A DNA stretch of 64,000 nt from Candidatus Omnitrophota bacterium (GTDB lineage Bacteria > Omnitrophota > Gorgyraeia > B26-G9), in NCBI GenBank assembly GCA_018817165.1, contig JAHITY010000124.1, forward strand, positions 33,973 through 97,972. The letters run 5' to 3'. The stretch's first letter is position 1. Each line of letters starts with the position of its first letter. A program made the translations under genes and the position numbers. This document shows, piece after piece, positions 39,915 to 47,751 of the stretch. The notes beneath the pieces were generated by a model that saw only the letters and a program-made list of their open reading frames with translations, was not told the origin of the DNA and did no database searches.

Positions 39915-41303
39915 ATGGAAAATAAATATGATTTAGTTGTCTTAGGCTCTGGTCCCGGAGGATATGTAGCTGCTTTACGTGCCGCGGCTTTGGGCAAATC
40001 AGTTTGTTTGATTGAAAAAGAAAAGATTGGCGGCGTTTGTCTTAATTGGGGCTGTATTCCCACTAAGAGTTTATTAAAAAGCGCGCATTTTTTTGATTCT
40101 TTAAAGAAATCTGAAATCTATGGAATTAAAATAAATCCGGAAAGTATTGCGCTTGATTTTCTAGCTGTTCAGCAAAGAAAAAAAGAAATAGTTGATAAGC
40201 TTATAAAAGGCATAGAGTTTTTATTGCAAAAACGTAATGTGCGAATAGTTAAGGGCCAGGGGAAATTTATTAATAAAAATAGGATTGATGTTGGTGGTGA
40301 AATAATCAATTTTGATAAATGTATTATTGCTACAGGATCATATCCGGCGGAATTAAAAAATATTAAATTTGATGATGCTTTGGGGATTGTTTCTAATCGC
40401 GGGGTATTGGGCTTTGCTACTGTTCCCAAAAGCTTGTTGATCATCGGGGGTGGAGTAATCGGTTGTGAATTTGCCGATATTTATTCTGCTTTGGGCAGTG
40501 AAATAACAATTGTGGAAGTGGCTGAGCAGATTTTACCCAATGAAGATAAAGATATTGTGAGAATTTTGTCCAATGATTTTAAAAAAAGAAAAATTAAAGT
40601 TCTGACTGCAAGCAAAGTTGAATCAGTTAATAAATCAGTGAGTAGTCAGAATCTTTTAATAAAGCTTTTTTCCGGACAGGAGTTGACCGCGGAAAAAGTT
40701 CTGTTGAGTGTAGGTAGAATTCCGAATATTGGTAATTGTGGTTTGGAAAAACTGGGAGTAAAGATAAGCGATGGAAGAATCGCGGTGAATGAGCAGATGC
40801 AGACAAGTATCAGCACAATCTATGCGATTGGAGATGTTGTCGGCAAAAACTTTTTAGCTCATGTTGCCAGTCATCAGGGGATTATTGCTGCTGAGCATGT
40901 TTCTGGCATTGATGTCGCGATGAATTATGATTTTATTCCGCGGTGTGTTTATACTAATCCTGAGATTGCAAGTATTGGTATATCTCAGGAACAGGCGGAA
41001 AAATCTGGTTTAAAAATTAAGATCGGAAAATTTCCTTTGCTTGCTTCAGGGCGGGCATTGATTGAAAATGATTCTAAAGGCATGATAAAAATTATTGTTC
41101 AGGCTGAGGACGATCGAATAATTGGTGCTGGCTTGTGCGGATCAATGGCAACTGAGATTGTGCATGAAATTGCTGTAGCAATGAATGCCGGATTAACAGC
41201 AAAGCAGCTAGCAGGTTTTATCCATGCTCATCCTACGATATCTGAATCAATTATGGAAGCAGCATTAGACGCGGATGATAATGCGATTCATTTGATAAAA
41301 TAA
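39915..41303 (+). CDS. lpdA: Dihydrolipoyl dehydrogenase
   Basis: GSGPGG, GGVCLNWGCIPTK, HAHPTISE. Confidence 0.96.
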   Translation: MENKYDLVVLGSGPGGYVAALRAAALGKSVCLIEKEKIGGVCLNWGCIPTKSLLKSAHFFDSLKKSEIYGIKINPESIALDFLAVQQRKKEIVDKLIKGIEFLLQKRNVRIVKGQGKFINKNRIDVGGEIINFDKCIIATGSYPAELKNIKFDDALGIVSNRGVLGFATVPKSLLIIGGGVIGCEFADIYSALGSEITIVEVAEQILPNEDKDIVRILSNDFKKRKIKVLTASKVESVNKSVSSQNLLIKLFSGQELTAEKVLLSVGRIPNIGNCGLEKLGVKISDGRIAVNEQMQTSISTIYAIGDVVGKNFLAHVASHQGIIAAEHVSGIDVAMNYDFIPRCVYTNPEIASIGISQEQAEKSGLKIKIGKFPLLASGRALIENDSKGMIKIIVQAEDDRIIGAGLCGSMATEIVHEIAVAMNAGLTAKQLAGFIHAHPTISESIMEAALDADDNAIHLIK

Positions 41304-41477
41304 GAAAAATAGAAAACAATAATATAAACAAATGTTTTAGGTTATTTGATAACTTGATAAAAAAACTTTAAAATACTGAAAATGCAGCTTGAAAATAAAG
41401 CGTTATCATGTTAGGATTAATGGTGTTAAGATTACTAAGTTTGATGTTGAAAATTAAGCTAAATCGGAGGATATAAA

Positions 41478-41717
41478 ATGCAAGAAATACTTATGCCGGC
41501 ATTGGGAGAAGATATAGAAGAAGCAACAATATCATTTTGGCATGTTGAAGCAGGAGAACATGTAGCGAAGGGTGCTGATATCGTGGAAGTAACCACTGAT
41601 AAAAGCACTTTTAATGTGGTAGCGCCATGTACCGGGGTTATAACGGAAATCCTTTGTTTGGAAGGTGAATCAGTGGCAGTAGGTGAAGTTTTAGCCCGCA
41701 TGGAAGAGGAGAATTAA
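41478..41717 (+). CDS. Stand-alone lipoyl-domain protein
   Basis: MPALGE, VEVTTDKS lipoyl-Lys motif; 79 aa. Confidence 0.88.
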   Translation: MQEILMPALGEDIEEATISFWHVEAGEHVAKGADIVEVTTDKSTFNVVAPCTGVITEILCLEGESVAVGEVLARMEEEN

Positions 41718-41718
41718 A

Positions 41719-42204
41719 ATGGATAGAATATTAGAGATTCTGGAAAAAGATGCTAGGATTACCCCTGAAGAAATTGCTCAGTTGATTAAACAGGATGTTA
41801 AAACTGTAAAAAAGCAAATTAAAAAATTTGAAAAAGACGGAGTTATCCTAAGATATAAAACGATTGTTAATAAAGAAATGGTTGTGGAAAAGAATAATGA
41901 ATTAAGAGCTTTAATTGAAGTGACTATTCTTCCGCAGAAAAATCTGGGATTTGATCATATTGCCGAAAGAATTTATCAGTTTCCGGAAGTTGCTAGCTGT
42001 TCTTTGCTTTCCGGAACATATGATTTGCTTTTAATCGTTGAAGGCAAAGATATGCAGACAATCTCAAATTTTGTCGCGGAAAAACTTTCACCTATGGAAA
42101 ATGTGCGCGGAACAGTTACTCATTTTTTGCTGAAAAAATATAAGGAAGATGGAGTAATCTTAAAACGCAAGGAAGAAAATAAGCGGATAGCAATATCATA
42201 TTAA
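41719..42204 (+). CDS. Lrp/AsnC regulator (YugG/AlaR-like)
   Basis: ILEILEKDAR HTH, SGTYDL, THFLLKKYKEDG. Confidence 0.9.
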   Translation: MDRILEILEKDARITPEEIAQLIKQDVKTVKKQIKKFEKDGVILRYKTIVNKEMVVEKNNELRALIEVTILPQKNLGFDHIAERIYQFPEVASCSLLSGTYDLLLIVEGKDMQTISNFVAEKLSPMENVRGTVTHFLLKKYKEDGVILKRKEENKRIAISY

Positions 42205-42229
42205 TTAACAGCAGTAAACGGAGAATTTT

Positions 42230-43402
42230 GTGAAGAATAGAAATTTTGTAGCTGAAAAAGTTGAAAAATTAGCTCCTTCGGGAATCAGAGCTTTTTTTGA
42301 TCTTGTTCTAGGAATGAAGGATGTTATCAGTTTGGGTGTTGGAGAACCGGATTTTGTGACTCCCTGGAATATTCGAGAGACTGGGATTTTTTCTCTGGAA
42401 CAAGGATATACCTCATATACCTCGAATAAAGGTTTATATAAACTTAGATTATTGATTCAAAGATCGTTAAAACAGCTCTATGGCTTAAACTATTCGCCGG
42501 ATGATGATATCTTGATTACTGTTGGAGTAAGCGAGGCTCTGGATTTGGCTGTGCGGGCAATTTTAAACCCAGGGGAGCAGATCATCATTCCTGAACCATG
42601 TTATGTTTCTTATGGGCCTGTGGTTGAGTTGGCTGGCGGTGTTCCGGTATATTTACCTACTACGGCTAAAGAAGGTTTTAAGATAACTGCGGCTAAACTT
42701 GAAAAAGTTTGCAATAATCGAACAAAAGGAATAATTTTAAATTATCCTTCTAACCCGACTGGTTCTACTTATAATAAAAAAGAACTGGAAGCGATTAGTC
42801 GGGTTTGTTTGAAACATAATTTAGTTGTTATTAGCGACGAGGTATATGGTGATTTAACTTATACAGGAAAGCATCTTCCTTTTCCCTGTTTAAAGGGCGC
42901 TCAAGCAAATACCTTGTATCTTAATGGTTTTTCAAAAGCTTATGCCATGACTGGATGGAGGGTGGGGTATGCTTGCGGCCCTAAATCAATAATTTCGGCA
43001 ATGACTAAAATTCATCAATATACGATTCTTTGCGCGCCTATTCTCAGCCAAATGGCTGCGTGTGAAGCCTTGCAAACAGGTAAAAAAAGTTTGGAAGATA
43101 TGAAAAAAGAATACAATCGCAGAAGGGATTTTATGCATAATGGCTTAAATAAAATCGGACTTTCTTGCGAAATGCCTCAAGGAGCTTTTTATATTTTTCC
43201 TTCTATTAAAAAAACCGGACTTAGTTCTCTTGATTTTGCTAATAAGCTTTTAAAACAGCAAAAAGTGGCAGTTGTTCCCGGGGTTGCTTTTGGTAAAGAT
43301 TATGACGAGCATATTCGGATATCTTATGCGACAAATTACTCAAAACTGCAAGAAGCAATTAAATGTTTGGAAGTCTTTGTCGAAAATTGTACAAAAAAAT
43401 AG
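42230..43402 (+). CDS. Class I/II PLP aminotransferase (YugH/AlaT-like)
   Basis: PSGIRAFF, GEPDF, NPTG, SDEVY, FSKAYAMTGWRVG. Confidence 0.92.
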   Translation: MKNRNFVAEKVEKLAPSGIRAFFDLVLGMKDVISLGVGEPDFVTPWNIRETGIFSLEQGYTSYTSNKGLYKLRLLIQRSLKQLYGLNYSPDDDILITVGVSEALDLAVRAILNPGEQIIIPEPCYVSYGPVVELAGGVPVYLPTTAKEGFKITAAKLEKVCNNRTKGIILNYPSNPTGSTYNKKELEAISRVCLKHNLVVISDEVYGDLTYTGKHLPFPCLKGAQANTLYLNGFSKAYAMTGWRVGYACGPKSIISAMTKIHQYTILCAPILSQMAACEALQTGKKSLEDMKKEYNRRRDFMHNGLNKIGLSCEMPQGAFYIFPSIKKTGLSSLDFANKLLKQQKVAVVPGVAFGKDYDEHIRISYATNYSKLQEAIKCLEVFVENCTKK

Positions 43403-43413
43403 CAGGAGGATAA

Positions 43414-43917
43414 ATGAGCCAGATAGTTTTTAGAAAAGCATTATTGATTATTTTAAGTTTATTAATTTTTTCTGGGTTAACCAGTCAGTGTTTTTCTTTA
43501 AATGACAGTGATCTTTTTGGCAATAATAGCGGTTTGTCTATCGAGGCCCTAACAGACAGAATGATTTATAAGACAGATCAGGAAGTTGTAGTTACCGTTT
43601 ATCTTAAAAATAAGACAGAAGAGCCGATTGATATTGTTGAGCCAGCTATTGATAAATCATCATTTATGTTTGAAATAGTTTATCCTGATGGCAAGAAGGA
43701 CAAGATGATTGGTATCCACGGGGTAAAATTAGAAACTATTAGGTTGTATCCTAAAAAAAGAATTAAATTTACAGCAAAATTTTTGCCGGAGACTCCTGGT
43801 AATTACGATATTAATGTCAAGTATAATGGGTATAAAACCCCGCTTAGCTTTCTTGCAATGAGGGTATTTGTAGTGGGAAATTTAGCACAGAAAGATATTA
43901 CCCTAGGGGTAGAATAA
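43414..43917 (+). CDS. Exported hypothetical protein (Ig-like beta-sandwich predicted)
   Basis: Signal peptide, alternating beta pattern, PGNYDI; SD GGAGG. Confidence 0.6.
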   Translation: MSQIVFRKALLIILSLLIFSGLTSQCFSLNDSDLFGNNSGLSIEALTDRMIYKTDQEVVVTVYLKNKTEEPIDIVEPAIDKSSFMFEIVYPDGKKDKMIGIHGVKLETIRLYPKKRIKFTAKFLPETPGNYDINVKYNGYKTPLSFLAMRVFVVGNLAQKDITLGVE

Positions 43918-43921
43918 ATTT

Positions 43922-45877
43922 CTAGAGGCCTTCTCTTAATTGTTTTTCCGCATCAACTTCATTACGATTAATCATTTCCAATGATCGGGAAATATTCTGT
44001 TTAAAATTATTGCTGATAAATGGAATAGCTCGTAATTGTCTAAGGATTTGAATAACCATCCTGAAATATCTGACTATTTCTCCGGGATCAGCATTTGTCC
44101 CTTCACTGATTACAGCCAGAGATTCATTGTGTGACCATTTTTCTACGGCTGCAGAAAGATTAAAGAAAGGTTTTTTTGTTAAAGGCCGGATTTTATGTCT
44201 TTTTTCTATTTTTAAAATATCTTCAACTACCGGAGATAATGCTTTGTGTATTTGAATTATCTGGTGGGGGAGTTTAAGATTTAATTGATTTTTTCTCGGT
44301 TCAAAAACTAAAGATGTGAGCACAATATTAAGATCAATGCTTGATAGTTCTTCCAGAACTCCGCAGAAGAAAAGTTCAGTTAAAAGCAGTTCATATCCAT
44401 AAATTGAAGAAGCGAATTTTCCTTTATCAGTAAGTTTATGATCTCGGATATAGTCCATCTCTTTAAGTAATCTTATTTTTGTATGCAGAATCTCTAAAGC
44501 TTTTTTCCGCGAGCGTTTATTGGCTTGATAAAAATGAAGAGTTTGCGGATAAACCTCATATAATTTATCCTGCCATTTTTGATAAAGATGTAGTAGACTG
44601 GCATAAGATAAATTAAATTGACTGAGCACTGGTTCTGGTTGTGAAAAGATCATTTTATTTATTTGATCCAATTCAATGCGCAGAGGATTTATCCTCGAAT
44701 AAACAAAACCTTCAGTGTCAATGCCGCGACGCCCGGCACGACCAGCCATTTGATAATAATCTCGGGTTCTCAGATTAGCAAAGAACTGACCATAAAACTT
44801 ACGCAGTTCATCAAAGATCACTGTTCTTGCCGGCATATTAATTCCCAAAGCAAAAGTTTCGGTAGTGAAAATAAGTTTAATTAGCCGACTGGTAAATAAT
44901 TGTTCAACAACTTCCTTTAAACTGGGTAATAATCCCGCATGATGATAGGCTACTCCGTTTTCAACTAAACTACGCATTTTTATTGCCGACGGCTCTTTAG
45001 TTAAACCATATTTCTTAAGCAAATTAGCAAAGATATCCTTTAATTCTGCTTTTTCCTGAGCATCGAGAAAATTAAAACATCTGCTTTCATAAGCCAGTTT
45101 TTCACAGCGTTTGCGACTAAAAGCAAAGTAGATTGCCGGCATTTTGTCATTTTCTTGTAAATGACAAAGGAGTGAGGATATCTTATTGGCTGAACCAGTT
45201 TTTTCTTCATGGCTAAAATTTCGAAAAGAATGATGCTTTTTCGAGCGGGGATGTGATTTTTTTCCCTGTCTGTAAATATTTTTTTTAAGCTGTTCAAAAT
45301 CATCGAGAACTCGGTTGTGGGCCTGAAAACAATGATGCAAGGGAACCGGACGTTTTTTTTCAATTATGGTTTCAACCGGATGTTTATGGATATTTCTAAT
45401 CCAAGAAGATAATTGGATCGCATTGGGAATAGTAGCACTCAGTGCGAGGATTTTTATATGTTCGGGACAAAAGATAATTGATTCCTCCCAAACAGTGCCT
45501 CTTTCCGGATCATCAATATAATGGATCTCATCAAAAATAACCCAGGATATGTTTTTCAGCCGCTTTGGGTCTTCGAGTAAGGTATTGCGAAAGATCTCAG
45601 TGGTCATGATTAATATCGGGGCATTAGCGTTTAAACTGACATCACCAGTAAGGATTCCAATATGTTTGCCGTATTTGCGGGAAAAATCACGAAATTTCTG
45701 ATTGGATAGAGCTTTTATCGGGGCAGTATAAACAATACCTTTATTTTCCGCTATACACTTCTCAATAACATATTCCGCAATAGCGGTTTTTCCGGCACCG
45801 GTAGGAGCGCAGACAATTACGGAATTGCCGCTATCTGTACTGTTTATTGCGCGTTTTTGAAATGGGTCATATATCAT
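43922..45877 (-). CDS. Ski2/HelY-like DEAD/DEAH RNA helicase
   Basis: APTGAGKT, PIKALSNQK, DEIH, SAT, HHAGL, QMAGRAGRRG, DSHCT-like C-terminus. Confidence 0.93.
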   Translation of the reverse strand: MIYDPFQKRAINSTDSGNSVIVCAPTGAGKTAIAEYVIEKCIAENKGIVYTAPIKALSNQKFRDFSRKYGKHIGILTGDVSLNANAPILIMTTEIFRNTLLEDPKRLKNISWVIFDEIHYIDDPERGTVWEESIIFCPEHIKILALSATIPNAIQLSSWIRNIHKHPVETIIEKKRPVPLHHCFQAHNRVLDDFEQLKKNIYRQGKKSHPRSKKHHSFRNFSHEEKTGSANKISSLLCHLQENDKMPAIYFAFSRKRCEKLAYESRCFNFLDAQEKAELKDIFANLLKKYGLTKEPSAIKMRSLVENGVAYHHAGLLPSLKEVVEQLFTSRLIKLIFTTETFALGINMPARTVIFDELRKFYGQFFANLRTRDYYQMAGRAGRRGIDTEGFVYSRINPLRIELDQINKMIFSQPEPVLSQFNLSYASLLHLYQKWQDKLYEVYPQTLHFYQANKRSRKKALEILHTKIRLLKEMDYIRDHKLTDKGKFASSIYGYELLLTELFFCGVLEELSSIDLNIVLTSLVFEPRKNQLNLKLPHQIIQIHKALSPVVEDILKIEKRHKIRPLTKKPFFNLSAAVEKWSHNESLAVISEGTNADPGEIVRYFRMVIQILRQLRAIPFISNNFKQNISRSLEMINRNEVDAEKQLREGL

Positions 45878-45984
45878 ATTAATTTAATTATAGGTTAAAT
45901 CAGCCTATAAAACAATGTAATTATTTAATTTCGTAGAATTACTTCTTTACAAATATGTGCTAACATGCTATTATCTAAAATGTT

Positions 45985-46605
45985 ATGAAAGAAAAAAATA
46001 ATAATAATCTTACACTGGAAGAAGTAGATATTCTTAAAGAAGTGGGAAATATTTGTGTTGGAAATTCAACCAGTATTCTCTCCCAACTCCTTGGTGGAGC
46101 TGTTGATGTGCATTTACCAGGTCTTGATTTATTATCAGCCAAAGAATTGTCTAATTATATCAAAGAAAAAGGCAAAATGGTTTATGGTGTTCATGCGCAG
46201 CTTAGTGGTTGTCTTGAAGGGACTATATTTTTGCTTTTCCCAGAAAAAGATTTACTTAAGATTATCGGCAAGTTCTTGAAAGATGTTGAAGTAGAGGGTG
46301 CGGAATCAATAAAATTTGGCATTTCAATTATTAAAGAAATATCGGGAATATCTATTTTTTCTTATATCAATACATTAAGTTCAATGATTCGCAAACTGAT
46401 TACAACTTCTGTGCCTAATTTTTTAAGCGGTTCTGCTGATGAATTATTAAACATGATAATTCGGGAACAAGAACAGTTGGGAAGTATTTGTATTATTCAT
46501 ACTACTTTTAAAGAAAAAAGTATGGAGATAGAAGGTAGTTACTATCTAATTCTGAATAAAATATCCGCAGACATCCTTGTTGACTTTATGCGTAATCCAG
46601 TATAG
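45985..46605 (+). CDS. CheC-family phosphatase-like protein
   Basis: DILKEVGNICVGNSTSILSQLL. Confidence 0.8.
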   Translation: MKEKNNNNLTLEEVDILKEVGNICVGNSTSILSQLLGGAVDVHLPGLDLLSAKELSNYIKEKGKMVYGVHAQLSGCLEGTIFLLFPEKDLLKIIGKFLKDVEVEGAESIKFGISIIKEISGISIFSYINTLSSMIRKLITTSVPNFLSGSADELLNMIIREQEQLGSICIIHTTFKEKSMEIEGSYYLILNKISADILVDFMRNPV

Positions 46606-46648
46606 TTATTTAAACTAAAAATCCTAGGAAAAGTTAAAACAAAATAAT

Positions 46649-47614
46649 ATGGAATTTCTGCTTACATTCTACAGCGTTTTCACAGCAATGCTCCAGATTT
46701 TCACAATAGCGCTTTGCGGTTTTTTATTTTATAAATGGAAATTACTCGATAAATCAGCGATTACCGGTTTATCTAATCTGAGTATAAATCTTTTTCTGCC
46801 GGCGATGATATTCAGTCATTTAATTAAAAAATTTAGTTTTACTGATCCTCTAGACTGGTGGCTTTATCCTTTTTTAGGGATGATAGTTTGTTTGATTGGT
46901 TTTATTGTGGCCAAGGTTTTTCTCCAATTTGATAAAAGCATAGTTGAAAAAAATAAATTAGCGAGTATTGTTTCCTTTCAGAACTGTGGTTATTTACCAT
47001 TAATTTTAGTGATGTCTATTTTCCCAGAAAAACAAACAGCACTCTTGTTTACCTATATATTTCTTTTTATCCAGGGCTATAATCTTATATTCTGGAGCTT
47101 TGGCATTCAGTTTTTAAACAGTGATAAAAAAACAAAGTTTGAATTTAAGAAAATATTAAATCCGCCTTTTTTAGCTTTAATCTTTGCCGGGTTAATTCTT
47201 GGCTTAAATCTTAAAACTTATATTCCAACAATATTTTTACAGTCAACTGAATTGGTCGGTGGATGCACGTTGCCGGTTGCTTTGATTGTTTTAGGATCTA
47301 TTTTAGCGGCTTGTGAAGGGGGCAAAGCTTATAAATTAAATGCTGTTTTGCTGATAAAAACAGTTATCTTGAAATTAGTAGTTGTTCCGACGATTGTTTT
47401 AATCCTGGTCGTGTTTTTGAAATTACCTAAATATATGTCAATATTATTGCTGATTGAAGCGGCTATGCCCGCGGCAATTAATCTCAGTGTGGTCTCTTTT
47501 AAGCAAAGTGAAACATGCGGATATATAACTCAGGCAGTATTTTTAACCCATGTTTGCGGGATTATCACTGTCCCTTTGGCGATAGCCATCATGTCTTTTT
47601 TTATCCCGCTCTGA
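46649..47614 (+). CDS. AEC (auxin efflux carrier) family transporter
   Basis: FQNCGYLPL, NPPF, AMPAA; about 10 TM helices. Confidence 0.9.
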   Translation: MEFLLTFYSVFTAMLQIFTIALCGFLFYKWKLLDKSAITGLSNLSINLFLPAMIFSHLIKKFSFTDPLDWWLYPFLGMIVCLIGFIVAKVFLQFDKSIVEKNKLASIVSFQNCGYLPLILVMSIFPEKQTALLFTYIFLFIQGYNLIFWSFGIQFLNSDKKTKFEFKKILNPPFLALIFAGLILGLNLKTYIPTIFLQSTELVGGCTLPVALIVLGSILAACEGGKAYKLNAVLLIKTVILKLVVVPTIVLILVVFLKLPKYMSILLLIEAAMPAAINLSVVSFKQSETCGYITQAVFLTHVCGIITVPLAIAIMSFFIPL

Positions 47615-47617
47615 ATA

Positions 47618-47728
47618 TAGTCAATAGCTAATCGTCGATAGTCAATAGTATTTTTAGCTTTAAACTATAAGCCATCAGCTATTAGCCAATTTCTTCTTTT
47701 TACTTTATAAACTTTAAGAACTTTATGA
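47618..47728. repeat. Degenerate 7-mer and 9-mer tandem repeats in a convergent intergenic region
   Basis: tagtcaa/tagctaa/tcgtcga/tagtcaa; ctataag/ccatcag/ctattag; actttataa/actttaaga/actttatga. Confidence 0.55.
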
Positions 47729-47751
47729 ATTGGAGTATCCTTGTGTAAGGC

